A stretch of DNA of 56,384 bases from Halocafeteria seosinensis (GCA_001687465.1 LVLI01000169.1:1-56384); one strand, 5' to 3'; shown: positions 25,869 through 40,172, counted from the stretch's first letter. The notes: generated by a model not told the origin, from the sequence alone. Numbers and translations: made by a program.

Positions 25869-28800
25869 TTATTTGCTCTTGCCGTTCGTAAACAACCCTC
25901 GCCTATGCTTGCCAGTGGTTGTTGGACGCCCAACGGGACGCCTGGAGGATGAGCCATACGCATCGACTAGCCTACGCTGCCTCACGTTAGGCGACGACTG
26001 TGGCTTCTCTGCCGTCTCCCGCCGATATAGCGAAAGCGCTTCCGCGTTCCTTTTTGACTGGCTGGCAACGTAAGTATTTTCTTGATACCACCTGTCGTAC
26101 AAACTCGCTCCCCTCGGCTCGCTTTCCTCTTTAGTTTCGGCGTTAACATCGCCAGAAGCGGGATCCAAGGCAGAAGCCATGTCTGCTGGAGTATTTGCAG
26201 TGAAAGACTGTTCTTGTTTTTCTCTTTTCTCCGCATCCTTGGCAATCCTTTCCAGAAAGTCGTTGTAGAGTCGCTCAAAAACCGTTGCCTTACGCGGCGG
26301 ACTGTCGTCTTTCTCTTCACGTTGTGTAGAGTAACGCGCTGCAGGTTCATAGGAAACAGAAATGATATTACTCTGCCTTCGCATTCCCGCTGCATCGTCC
26401 TCATGGTCTACCCCACCCGAATACTTTGATGCGTCGTCTCTCTGGGTGCCTTCTATGGAATCCTCGTACGTGCCCTGAAGGACCCTGTAGCACAATGTAT
26501 CGGTGGCACTGCTCTGTGATAACTCGCAAATGGACAGCTGCAATCCCCGCTGTAAAAAGTGAGAGTGAGCTGTTACCAAGACAGCTTCCCGAGCGAGAGC
26601 AATAGACCCACCGTCGATACCAGCCTCTGAAGTCATTTTCATTCCCTGGAGTGCGTCCCAAATCTCCTCGGAATATGAATCCCTCATGACTGGTACAGCC
26701 AGGTCATTGAACGCCGACAATGCAAGGCGAACTGCCGTTGGTGCGGAGTTGGTGGAAGTGGAATTCACACCCAACATTCCTAGAATGGATGCTGTATCGT
26801 TTGATGCGGCATCTAGCTCGCTACTGGTCGTCTGTCGATGCGATGTTTCACGACTAGCGCGGCCTGGTGAAGCACGAACTCCATGATAATAGTCGACAAA
26901 TTGGCGCAAACATTGTAAGGCTGGGAATGTAGATGCTTGCACGCCATATTCTTTTAGCATATTCTCGTATGATTCGGGGTCTACGATGTTTTTGTCGATG
27001 CCCGGACACGTCGGACTTCCTACGAACAGGAGCTTTCTTATACTTTCGGTATTGAACGCGAAATACACGGAGAGATTGTCACTCAGAGCAGCGTGAATGG
27101 ACGGCTCGTCTATGACGAAGGGAAACGCAATGGTAGCTGAGTCTTGACAGTAGTGGAATGCGCGCATGATACTACTCCGTCGCTTCCGGTGAGCACCCTC
27201 GCTCACTTGTTTTACCATTTCGATCTGTCCTTCTTCGTCGTCGCTATCGGAGTCGACTAAGTCACACTCATAGTCTTCATACGTAGAGACAAGCTGTTCT
27301 GCTTCTGTTTCCCCACTCTCGTATCCATCATCCAGATCTGCCTGCCCTGCGTGAATTTGTTGCTTGTCTTCCTCGAAGCCTTCATCAGAATACATGCTGT
27401 GGTGTTGAGACGTACGCGAGGGCGCCGGTTTCACACAATCAGCGATGTCACCAGTACACACCCCAAAATAAGAAGTGTTTGCCGAAGTAGAGTTATTGGA
27501 GCCGGTAATACCGATGTCTTTGCCCTTAAATATTTGCCTCGGTACATCCGGTAACATTGAGGGGTCGATTTTATGTCGGATTTTGGGCCATGGCTTATCC
27601 ACAGCATCTTTTGCTCCAATGTCCGGTTTGTACACGCCTTGAGCGGGATCGGCGTGCTCCATGATTATTCTATCTGAACTCGTTCCCCAAGATGCTTGAA
27701 TAGAGCATGGAGGCGGATGCGCTCTGCGGAGGTCAAGAAGTTTAACGCAATCCTTCACACGCACGCTGTTGCCATCGTTGCCTGAGTCATACAGAAAATT
27801 TCCTTCCCTCAGCACGTCTACAGAGCCCTTCAGAGTATCTGCTCCTGTCTCTCCAGAAAACCACCGCCAGTTAAGTACCTCATGCAAAAGGCCACAGCTG
27901 ACAATAGTCGACCGGCTGCAAATAGACATAATTTCATTCGTCTGCTGACTCATCTCCTCAATGACTTCATTTTCATTAGGGATTTCACTCGCGGCTGCCT
28001 TTTGGTCTAAAATGTTTTGCAGAATGCTTTCCTCATCCTCTCTTCTACTCCACGAACTATGAACCAGATCGCCGCCAAAGTCCTTCCGTCGTTCGCTCAT
28101 TACTGCGACGAGCGCTGCAACAGCACCTTCTTTGACAACTCGCTCCTTTAAGGAATATGACAACCGAGATTGTGAAGTATGAGTCGTGGCAGAACCACTA
28201 GTGCCTGCTGCTGCGACACTCAACGAATCTTCAGCATCAATAGCAACTTCGCATAGTGCTTTTAGACAAGCCCGCTGCAATGCTTTGGTTGTTAGTTCGT
28301 GCCGTGACACGGATATCAGTGCCGCAGCTGCCCCATAGTGGACCAGCTTTTCTCGAAGACTAATAATTGCTGAAAGATTAACCAGAGCACCTGCGCAGTT
28401 GTAGATAAGTGAAAACGCTTTCGTCAGCAACACGCGCTTGCAAATCTGCTCTGATCGGTCATTGTTTAAATGGTCGTTTTCTTCTTCGCTGAGTTCTTCG
28501 TGCATGAAGGCTACAGACTTCAGCTGACCGAGTGAAAGAACTGGGAACGTCAGGTGACTTGTCTTATCATCCTCTCCGGAGAAAATGGCATTCCTGTTCA
28601 CTGCGGAAAACATGCATTGTACCGGAAGAAAATCGTTGTTCTCATTTCCATCCCAAAGTGAGTACGTGAGTTCCTCCGGTGGATGGGCTTCCAAAAAGCC
28701 ACCAATGAAACCGCCTGCAGACAAGTCTGCTTGAGTCTCGGCCAAGTTGGTGCTCTGGATGTCACTTTCCAGCTTCTTCCAGTAGGTCATGTACCGACAA

Positions 28801-31800
28801 GTATGAACAATGTTCTCTAGGACCGAGGACATCTGTCTGCCCTGGAAAATATGCGGGGCGGCATCCGTGTCTTCACCGAAGTACTGTTCAGCACCGTCGT
28901 AACGACTCAAGTTCCGCAGAGTGAGAGCTGCACGGACTTTAGTTTTTAATTGCGTTGCTGGACAAACGACCAAGCAGCTGCATACTTGGACAGTACCGGC
29001 CTCAAATAGGGTCTTAATCAAACCAACATGAGTAGATGACAAGGCCAGCACGTATAAGAGGTCATCCAGTGCTAGCTGTATTAGCTCCAGCAGCAGCTGC
29101 TTGCTTGCCCAGAATTGTTTCTCATTGAGGAGATCGTACATGGTCATCACGCTTTTGCAGATATCCTTATACCCAAGTCCTTGGTTTCCTGACAGAATCT
29201 TAAAAGACTTCCGCGAGACTGTTCCATTGGCTATAATTGATGCTCCCAAGCACGCTGAAGCGGAGGTGAGAATGACATCGCCCAACGAAGAACTCTGGCT
29301 CAACGGTAGGTTTTCTTCCACAACGTTCCGGTGGAATACTAGTAGTTGTATTGCGGAGCTTAAAGCTCCGCTAGCATTCAGCTGTTGCCAGATACCCCTG
29401 CGACTATCACCTGTCGTATCCCAAGGACAAGACAACCGGTGCAGGGCTGCTGCTGCCCCGTAGATATCTCGGAACGGGAATTGGTGATCGCCTATGTCCG
29501 AGGTAACATCCAGAGAGCGTGTCCCGATGAAGGAAATAAAAACCCTTGGTGCACCTTTGCAGCATATGTCGTACAGCAGATCGTCGGTCTGTGCTCCCCA
29601 GATAAGATGAGCAAGTCCCAAACAACAGAGACGTCGAGTCTTCGCCGATTCATCTGGGCTAGCGCCCAGTCGAACCAAGATATTGACCCCGCCTTCTGCA
29701 ATGAGCCTGCGGTGTACTTCGGCATCCAGACATCGCGTCAGGTTATACAATCCCAAGGCACAGCTCGGACGCAGTCTACTTATTTGCTCGGATGCCCCAG
29801 CCTGCCATCTCCCTTCGACCGTATTTTTCTCTCCCATATCCACTAATAACGAAAGCGCTTCTACCGCTCCCGCTCGAGCCAACTTAATTTCGTTGCCCAT
29901 TCCTTTAGAGACGTTAGCGATAATACCAGCAAATAACGTTCCAACGGTCGGGTCACGGACTCCGATTCTGCCTTCCACGTGGGGTTGTGGGATCCACGGC
30001 ATGGTATCTTCCCTTGTTCTGTATTTCAGCTTCTCGCGGGAATGACGAATAGGAAGGCTCCCAAGTGAAGCATAATGAGACAACGCTCGCTTGATCTCAT
30101 CCGGTATTTCCCCAAATACCTCCGCCATAGAAGCATTAATCGCCAATCCAGACTTTCCTTCAGGTTTGTCAGCGTTTTCGTACCACTTGTTCTTCGACAC
30201 GCTTTCCCACTCCTTTTCGCCCTCACTACGACCAAGTAGCACCAACACGACACTTTTAATCCCTCCGTACTTCACTAACATTTCTCTCAACGCTGGTTCA
30301 CTGGACAAGCGAAGCAATGTTACAGCACATGCTCTTTGAACGTCTGTATCTGGGGAAGTACACAGCCTCTGCAAGACCCAAATGACGGCTGTTCCCAAAC
30401 CCTCTTTTCTGGCAGCGGGGTTCGCAAGGATGTTGTATACCCCCTCGACACATAACGCCTGAACCATCGGATCATGAGAGCGGATCATCGCAGTTGTGAG
30501 AAGAGCCGGGATAATATCATCCCGCAAGAGCTGCTCTTCAAAATTCTTTTCCGCTCTGCTAATATAATACAGGGCAGCCGCCGCATGCCGCCTCACAGCA
30601 TCTTCATTGCTCGAGGCAAGTCGAACTAGCACAGGAGCTACCGCATCTCTCACCATACTCTCACAGATCTCAGGAGAGCTCGAAGCCAACGTCCGGAAGG
30701 CTGCTGCGATTTTGATCCTGGCAGCTGAATCCGTTTCACTATACTTTGCCAACGCCACAAGGCCTCTCATTACTCCTTCGCAATGATGATCCTGGTTCCG
30801 AGCTACATCGGTAGCGACGTTGCATAGTGACAATGCACAGTATTTCTGACAATTCTCTACAGCCTTGCCTAGAAGGATACTGACGTTGTTGAGAGCGTTG
30901 TGCGAGAAAAGAGCCATTCTGCTGTACGAGCTTTCTTCACTCACATCCCCGTACGCCGAATGGGAAAGACGAAATGAAGCAGCAACTCGCCGAAGCTGGT
31001 ACGCTTGACTCGTATCCCCTTTAGAACCAGACATATTCTCGCTACAGTATTCCGGAAATTGCACGCGCATGCTCTCCAGCTGTCTTACGTAGGAAGTGAA
31101 CGCCTTCACGGCCGGTGACTCCTCTTCATTCAATGCAGACGGTACCAAATAGTGCAGCGCGCCACTTGTTACCAACAAATGACCGTAATGTTCATCAGTG
31201 CTCAAATTGTAAACCAGTTTCAACCCTTCTACAATAAGTGGAAGAGGAACTGTCTGCTGGGGCGTTTCAGAACGCTCGCCGGCATCCCAAGGTTGAGACG
31301 CATGGAATAGAGGGTTGAGAACTTCTACTATACCACTACGCAAAAGTCGACTCGTTGAAGGCAAGCTGTTGCCTCCGACGGGAAGTGAAGTGTTTGACAG
31401 ATTTCTCAGAGCAGTCAAGGCGAAGGAAAGACAACGGTAAATCGTCGGACATGGCAGAGGAGCGACATATCCGTTAACAAGATAGATATCTTGGGACTGC
31501 TCAAACTTTTCCTTGTAATTTGAGTGAATGGCTCGGAATAGTACAGTGCCGATACCTCGTTTACGTTGCGCCTCAGAGTTGAGAGATTGTTGCGAAGTCG
31601 TTCCTTCTTCATCCTCTTCGGGAGGTGACCTTTGAAGCGTTGCCAAACATGTCTGGATTACATGGTAAATACACAGAATGGCATTAGTCACGGGACGATT
31701 GTGCTCTGCATTCCCGGCTTTGACCTGCCAAACATTATTCTCTTCGGATCCACCAAGGGAGTTTCGTGCTCCGTTGGGTTTGTCCACTTCGTGGATTCCA

Positions 31801-34800
31801 AGCAACATTCGCCTCGCGATAGCTTCGTGGCTTGATGCATTATACAGTGCCATAAGGCAGAACGCAAAGCATCTATTGAAGTCTTTCACCGTCGTAGCTT
31901 CTTTTTCAGGATCCTCGTGTGGAATGCTGGACGACTCCAAGTGTGTATCCCGCATCATAATTGCAAAACGGGAGAGTGATGATATGACACCGCATTTCTC
32001 TGCGACGATGGCAGAACGCTTATCGGCCATAAGTAAGCAAAGAGCTTGCAAAAGAAGCGACACAGAGCGCGTGTCTACCCAGTCTATCCTCAAATAAGGA
32101 GTTTCATCCTCCTCATTGTCAAGCTGCATCGAGGCAGCACGTCGCAGCATGTCCAGCGAAACTGCCAAGCCAGATCCTATTCCTTGCAGTGATGCGAGAG
32201 GAAAGTCCGCATGGCGGAGAATCCTGTTCGTGCTCACCAGGCACTTTCGCAAAATACGTGGGGTCCTTAGGTTATTCAGGATGTCTGCTACCAACGGAAA
32301 CCCCTGTAGAAGTGACTGGGACTGTGCAGTATACGACGGATTCACGGGGATGTCGCAGTTGCTCATGTACTCATGGGTTGCATACACATCTCCGTAGATC
32401 TGTTCGATCTGTCGCAGGAAAAATTTCTCAAGACCGTACCCCAGAGGACTCCCAACAAGTAGATGCATACCCTCGGTCAATGCAGCGGCACCATATCCCC
32501 GAATTACCTTAATCAGTCCCTTTCTCACGTGGCAAAGACGTGCGAGAGCCCGCAAGCACCTGCGTAAGCACCAACTGTCCAAAATCAGCTGGAACTCCGT
32601 AGGCATCACCAAAGATTCTTTCACCTCCAAGAACGCGGACTCGTCCTCACAGACACCATCTTCCTGTATAGGAGACATGCCGGGTTCCCCAGTTTTCTGG
32701 TTGTACTGGATACGATGCTTCCATCGAGAATAAATCCCGGCAATGACATCCCTCAGCATCCACACACCGCCTTCCTCTGCGACGGTAATGAGATTATCAC
32801 GTTCTCGCGCCAACGGCTCAAGTATACGAGTCACTATCGTCAACTGCAGGCGAGGAGAAAACCAAAACCAATGTCGAGCGATTCTTAGAACGCCCGAATT
32901 TTCTAGGAAGTCTTTGCGTCCGGACTCTGACAGGCACAAATTGCATAGGATCCGCACGGTTAGAGTCAGTGCGAAAGCGTCGTAAGAAACGTTAAGTTTC
33001 TCATCGGGCCTTTCAGTAGTCGCTGGGTGCATCAACATAAAAAGAGCCTGCAGCACATGCTTAGAGGACATAGAACCATGCGACGAGCTTGTCGTACTTA
33101 AATTGAATAAGCATGCTGCTAGTAGAGCTCTCACGAAACCTCTTGCCGATCCCGTTTCGTTGCATAACACACTGATGACGTTAGCGTCCACATGACCACT
33201 TGTAAAGTAGTCGCTACCACCGACGAGAGTTGTCGTTCCATGCTCGGTTTCGAACCCATCTTGCATGGCATAGAGATGCTCTGCAACTTTTTCCGTGTTG
33301 CTTCTCAAGACCCATTTTACGATTTCGTTACATACTTCCAAGCTACTCATGGTGCCTAACAGCGGGCGGGGAACATACGGGGCTCGTAAAGTTTTCTGAG
33401 AATTGCCCTCTAGTGCCGCGAATGGTTGAATATCGATGTTTAAGTCCGTAAGAACTGTTCTCTGGATTGACGATAAGTAGAAGAATGACGCCACGCAGTC
33501 AAACGTAGTATTGCTATCCTCGGTATCCTGCAAAACGTTTACAAGTGCTTCAAAAGCTCCCTCCATAAGAATCCGACACCGATTCTCTTGTTCTTGGCTG
33601 AGCTCTCTAAGAGCTCTAGCACACTGCTTCCGCAGATTTTCTGGAGAATCCCCGCGCCACGCTTCGTTTGAACTTGTTTTACTTATCTGATGCTCATCTG
33701 TAGCATCTTGCTCGCTTAGAGCATCATCACTCTGGTAGTCGACCCTGTCCAAACTAGCCCTACGTCTCCTGTATTCCTTAAGCTTCTGAAGACGATGTTG
33801 ATGTTCTTGAAATTCCCTCAGCTGTTCTTCGTAAGTTTTGCTCGTGCTCTTCCGACGCTTGAACTGATGACGATGCCCTGAATCGTCTTCTTTTTCATTC
33901 CCACTGCCATCTAGGAAATGGTCTTTATGGGATTCCCCAGAAGGAATTATTTGACCTGGTTCGTAATCTTCGTAGTCAATAGCACTATCGCTACTGTCAT
34001 CTGCAAAGATATCCAGTGTCGGTGAGTCATTGGTCCGAACTTTAACAAACGTATCCTCATTCGCATCATCATCACTGTCTGAGGAATCAGAGAGTCTTGA
34101 AAACGCCTCTGGAACCATTTGGAGGGAAGCCCGTCTTCGCTCTCTCTCCGACGCATCCATTGGACTCGTGAGCTCGAACTCGGGATTAACTTCTTCAACC
34201 AATTCCTTCTCAGGTTTTGACTGTTCCTCCTCTCCGTCGCTATCACCCTGTTGATCGGAATCAGCGTCGGGCTCTCCCTGCGAGAGGGGATGAGAGGGCA
34301 TGCGGGATACGTCACCGTTTCTGGAAGCTTCCCGGCCAGTTCTAGAAAGGTACCAGATGGAATTACTGTAGTCCCCTCTTGTATGAAATAAGTCGCCATG
34401 GTAAGGAGACATTGTTGTAGTGGCAGGACGCGCAGACTCTACTCTTGGAAGTTCGGGTTGCTCGGAAATTTTGCTCGCCCTTGGAACAGACTCAGTCCCT
34501 TTGTGTTCGTGAGATCCTTCCTCCCCTCTTTTGGATCGCACATTTCGGTAGGAAAACTTATCTTGGGCCTTTTGGTAAGGTCCCACAGGGGGAAGGTTCT
34601 GCGGATTTGATCCCCATTCGGTGATTCCGAAAGCACCCACTTTCCCTTCATTCCATTGAGGGGGTGACTGCCACTTCCTTCTCTGAAAGTATTGAGTCCA
34701 TTGCACGATATGAGAGTGTAAAGCCTTGGCCAATGCAGCTCGTGTAAAATTCTTCTTCCAAAAGTCTGGTTCTGACAAATGAAGTCGCCTGTAATGATAA

Positions 34801-35245
34801 GCAATACTATCGAGCAAAACAGTTTAGTCATTAGACATCTGCGCGCATACCATTTACGGGCCAACGATTTGAGCGTTTCATGCCGAATGGTGCATTGTTT
34901 CCATTTTTCATTGTTTCCGAATAGATTCTCCCGCTTGATAAAAGGTCGGAGGGTATCAAATAATTGTTCCTCTTGCATGGCACTCAACAACTGTATTGTT
35001 AAGGGAAGTTCCAATTACTCACAAGACTCACTTTCACTTGCTAACTCTGCTGGAGAACTCACCTCTTCCATATTCCTTTGGGGAGTGTTCTTAGTTTGCT
35101 GTACCTTAGGAGGTGATGATTCTCCGGCATTTCTCTGTGAGTTTGCACCCTCGCCACCATGCTGCACATCTGCTGCGTGTCTTTCCCGTCGGTTGAGGTG
35201 ATGGTGCGAGGACCGAGTATGCTGTGCACTTTCAGATCGTCGCAT
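25869..35245 (-). CDS. Very large armadillo-repeat protein (~3080 aa, 3 exons)
   Basis: Introns 34991-35062 and 34789-34850 join three ORFs; the last exon is 8.9 kb. Many ARM-like units, e.g. CARALRELS, RHAAAALYYIS, RACAVTLLRLS, CALGLYNLT, CAGALVNLS and EGAVAALVA. Confidence 0.8.
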
Positions 35246-36472
35246 TTTCAGTATTTTGCCCTCGGAAATGAAATAAAGAAATTAGCAATAGCCGATCCAT
35301 GCATATAATTTTTGCTCCCTTGCTGCCACAATAGGAGAGCCCAGCTCGCACAAAAAAACGTTTACCAACACGCCGTCGCAACACTTCCGTTGACGGCCGC
35401 TATATGTTGCGGGGAAGGACACTATAGCAATTGCAATAAGCCTGATGCAAAATGGAAGCCGTTCTTCTCTCCTTTACTCCTTGTTTCAGGACGAACGTAT
35501 CTTTGGAGGGACGCTGTGGTCTTTTCGCTGCTCGCGCCGGAGCTTTTTTGGCGCGAGGATGTGCACCGAAGGCGATGCCTCAACAACTATACATGAATCG
35601 CAATGCGTATACAAAGTCGCACACTCCGTGTTCACTCTATCATTGACCCCACTCAATGACAATGCAGGGATCATGAATTTACTGGCTTGGTTCAAGTTGC
35701 TTGGCCTTTCGAAAAAGTTGCGACCAGCTTCTGCGCTATGTACATTCTCAACGGAAACACATGAGAGCAACAGAACAAAGTTACCCTGCATTTGGTTCGG
35801 CTGAACAGAGCACTAAGACCGTGTATACCAAAAGTATAGCGTGCAACCAATGTGTCGGTGGGGATTCTATGAGGGTTCTGGAGTGCCATTCTACAGCTGC
35901 CACGAATTCCTCGTCGCCTATCTCCGATGGACAAATGGTCACACAGCACGACCGACGTATGACATAAGAGGCGGCGAAGCGGCATGACAATCGGACACAC
36001 CCCGATACGTGGTGTTACGTTCTTGGAGTCTATCATATTGGTTCAGATGTTGTGATCAAGAGCAAACGTGCCTTGCTCAAACCAGGCTACACCAAGTAGA
36101 TGATTTGATGGTAAGACACACCATCCATTAAGTCTTCGTGCTTTAGTAGAGTGTCTGGTAATGATGGAGACCCGTATATACTTCTGTACGCCACACTTGC
36201 TCCGGCTTTTCAACATGTGATATTATTGCCTCGCCGTTGGAAATTAGGCAATTTAACCCGCCCATCCGGTGGGTGTTCCCCATTTCCCGCTACACCATGC
36301 AAGGTACTCATTTGACCGGGTTTGTTTCAGCCACTTCACTCTTGGAAATGCGTCCCTAGCATACACAATCATGATGGTAGTTTCACCGGCTGCTAATCTA
36401 CCGGGACTATTGCTAGGGAACCATTTAGCCCAATATTCTACCCACGAAAGAACTTTGCGTCGCTGCCAAGAT

Positions 36473-38043
36473 TCACTTCTTTCTAAGCTCGTCAACAAAC
36501 TGCTGGAATAATTCACGGATTTTGGAGACCCCATGTTGACGGAATTTTTCCTTCAGTTCTATATCATTGGCTCCACCATCGCTGGCTGCTGTTACTTTAA
36601 TTTCCATCTCATCATCAATGTCGGTATCTTGATCCAAATCGGGGATGTGGAACTGACCATCCCCGGTTGCGAGCACATTGCCGTCACCATCCACCATTTC
36701 TCCTTCCCATTCTCCTTTCACTTCAAATTCAAAGAAAAGCAATTTCTTCCCTTTACGAATGGAAACGGAAGCTTCGCCATGAAAGTCAGATATCTGCACA
36801 AGCAGAACGAGTTAGGGAAAGAAAGACAAAAGTAGACTCGTGCTCACATACTTCTGAAATGGTGATTCTTCCCCCGGGGATATCAATGTCAAAGTTCTTA
36901 AACATCCCTTGCACACGCTCCTTAGCCCACGACGTAAGTGATTTCTCTTCCCTGGGAGGAAGAAAATCAGATGAATACTGGAGCCATACTGGGAATCCGA
37001 ATGGCAGAGAGACTTACCAATGATAGCTGTTAGGATTCCACACCGAGCCACCGGCTGTGTCTTTGTGGTTGCTATTGCTAGTACTCTCATTCTGCGCCGT
37101 AGAGGTGTTCGAAATAGGCTGCGGTTGAGGAGGTTTTGTCTGGGATGCTTGGGTTGTCTCGGCCGTGTTCGGGATGGGTTGCCTTGTCTCTTGGGGAGGC
37201 GCACTCTTCTGAGCTTCATGATAAGACTGCAATGCGAACTTGGCCGGAAGGTACCTACAGCATATTATGAGACAAGATTAAAACTGTCAAGATCGTACCT
37301 CAGTTTCCTTGCCTGAAGCTTTCTCCACTAAGGCATTCTTAAACGCCAGAAGTTTCTCCTGTAATTTGCCTCGAAGTTTCTGCATTATGTAGGAAGTGGA
37401 TGCACGCATGCGGAGCATTAGCGCAAGCACCACTGAAAACGGCCACCTTGCTGTTAAAGTACCTTTTCGATCAAATCCTTCGCTTGTGCTCCAGCGGCTC
37501 CACTCTTCGCCTTATCCGCTTCGATTTTCATCTCGAAGTCCCCACCGTCAATATCGTCCACCATCAGGTCAGAAATAGTGAACTGCAAAAAGCATTATCG
37601 TTAACACACCACAGAAGAGTTTTCCCTTAACAGAAGGGTGGTAGTACTTACCATTCCTTCAGCCATGCAGGTGTTGTCGTTTTCAACAACTTCCCACTTC
37701 CCCTTGATGGTGAGTTCCAGGACAGGAATTGCTTTTCCTTTGCGAATGTTTACTGCTGCCTGTTATAAGTCACACCATACCGATCCAATTCGACGCATAA
37801 TCCCGTGGTAAAGTGAATGATTTAACTCCAATCCAAAGTACTTACCGAGCCTGTGACGCTGGGAACGTCTGTGACGACGATGATAGGATCGCGGCTTTCT
37901 CCCAAGAGCCCCTTGATTCGATCCTTTATGTCAGCATGCGCCCATTCCGTATAGTTCTTCTCCTCCCAATGCCACGATCCGGCATTCCATACACTACCGC
38001 TCCCTTTCGAGGGACCTTGATTCTCAGTCGTCGTCGACGCCAT
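36473..38043 (-). CDS. Hsp90 activator Aha1-family protein with two tandem Aha1_N domains (multi-exon)
   Basis: Domain 1: SVWNAGSWHWEEKNYTEWA...VNIRKGKAI. Domain 2: SVWNPNSYHW|EEKSLTSWAKER...VSIRKGKKLLFFEFEV...FVDELRKK. Short GT-AG introns. Confidence 0.85.
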
Positions 38044-38389
38044 GGTTTGGAATTTTGGAACAAAAATAAGTCGGAGCCCTGACCACAATGAACTGAACCA
38101 ACACTGTCCACGTGCGCGTTACCAATGTTAGTATACCGACTTATTCAAATCAATCATAGGCTATGATACTCGTCTAGCTAGTCTCGCCCTCCATGCATCA
38201 TTGCACATGGATGGATACCGATGTTCCATGAAGTTCGGTGCGAAATCCGGTACGAAAACCCGGATGAATTCGTGTCAGATCAAGATGTCGAATCGATGAT
38301 CCAGTATGTGTGAGCATAGTACATGATTGTCAGAACGAGAGAGATAGTGTTTTTGTGTTGCATCTAGTATCGACGGTTGTAGCAACAAA

Positions 38390-40172
38390 ATGATTCGTAT
38401 GGGAAACACTTTGCCCCGGCTGGCCCGGAACACTTTGATGAGAAGGGCAACAGCCCCACAAACCACTGCTTCCTTTTCCACCGGCAGTGCTCACATTCAG
38501 GACATCACTGCACGCCCAGTGATCGACAGTCGAGGTACGCCGACCGTGGAAGCCGTCGTTCACATGGGCAACGGGAGCTCGTTTCGCTCCATTGTTCCCA
38601 GTGGCGCCTCCACGGGAGAGTTCGAAGCCCTGGAAATGAGAGATGGAGGAAAGGCCTGGAATGGGAAGGGTGTTTCCAAAGCGGTGGATAATATCCATAA
38701 GATTATTGCCCCCGGACTAAAGGGAGCAGACCCCAGCAATCAGCGATCCATCGACGAAACTATGATTCGGCGACTGGATGGATCCAGAAATGAATGGTAT
38801 GGATATTTAAAGTCATTTAGGGTGGACTCACGCTGCCCCTGCATCTGAATTGTTAACACATACAGGGGATGGAGCAAAGAAAAGCTCGGCGCGAATGCCA
38901 TTTTGGCCGTCTCCATGGCTGTCTCCCAGGCCGGTGCGGCTGCGAAGGAAGTACCCCTATACCAGCACCTGTGCGAATTGTCATCCACGAAACAAATGGT
39001 CCTTCCTGTCCCATCTTTCAAGTAAGCTTCTCGCTCGTCGAGTTCATACTTTTCCCTCGACGACACCAACGTCAATGTAATCTACGTATTGCTTGACAGT
39101 ATCATCAACGGTGGCTCCCACGCTGGAAACAACCTCGCGATGCAAGAGTTTATGATGCTGCCCACTGGGGCTGGTTCTTTCACTGAGGCAATGCAAATGG
39201 GGTGTGAGACATACCAGCATCTGAAGGGGGTAAGTACATATTAATGTAACCGTGTTTTCTCAACTGGAGGGCCATTTTTCTTGCACGTTTTCAGATTATC
39301 AAGAACCAATACGGGAAGGATGCAATCAACGTGGGAGACGAAGGGGGTTTCGCTCCTCCTCTGTCGGACGCTCGCCAGTGTCTCGATTTGATAAGTGAAG
39401 CTATAGAGAAGGCTGGCTACACGGGCAAGATTGAAATGGGTCTTGACGTTGCTGCGTCTGAGTTCTACAATGGTGAACAAAAAGTTTATGAGCTTGACTT
39501 TAAGAATAGTGAAAAATCTCCGGATCAGAAGCTTCCTGCGGAAAAACTTATGTCCGTGTACGAAGTAAGTATGACCGAAATTACGATTTTTGAAGGTGCC
39601 ATTAAAATAGTTTACGGGCTGTTTCTTCCCCTTGCTCAGGACTTGGTTTCTCAATACCCCATTGTGAGTATTGAGGACCCGTTTGACCAAGAAGATTGGC
39701 AGGCATACACTGACTTTTGTCAGAGGATGGGTAACAAGATTCAGGTAAGTATCGAGAGGACGACATAGTATTTGCTACCAACTGGGATACGTGTTGCTAC
39801 ATTTCTCCACAGATTGTAGGTGATGATCTTCTCGTTACGAATCCAATTCGAGTAGAGCAGGCAATCGAACGTAAAGCAGCTAACGCTCTCTTGTTGAAGA
39901 TCAATCAAATTGGCACTGTTACTGAATCAATAGAAGCTGTAAACCTGGCAAAGGGTGCAAAGTGGGGAGTCATGGCCTCCCACCGTTCTGGTGAAACCGA
40001 AGACACGTACATTGCCGATCTTGCAGTGGGGCTAGCTACGGGACAAATCAAGTCCGGTGCGCCATGCCGCAGTGAGCGCCTGGCTAAATACAACCAGCTA
40101 CTCCGTATTGAAGACCAACTCGGTTCAAAAGCAGCTTATGCTGGAAAGAACTTCCGTTTCCCGGGTTACTAA
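38390..40172 (+). CDS. ENO: Enolase with predicted mitochondrial presequence (6 exons)
   Basis: [60 protein letters not shown] and [16 protein letters not shown] 33-aa Arg-rich, acid-free N-terminal extension precedes the domain. Confidence 0.97.

Noticed and set aside
34991..35062. Apparent stop-codon readthrough between in-frame ORFs 35015..35245 and 34439..35014
   Set aside because: The TAA lies inside a canonical 72-nt GT-AG intron.
35300..36450. 1.1-kb gap with several overlapping short ORFs
   Set aside because: I could not build a convincing spliced gene or ncRNA; left unannotated.
38220..38240. Possible heat-shock element upstream of the Aha1 gene (TTCcatGAAgTTC)
   Set aside because: Spacing does not fit nGAAn pentamer arrays.
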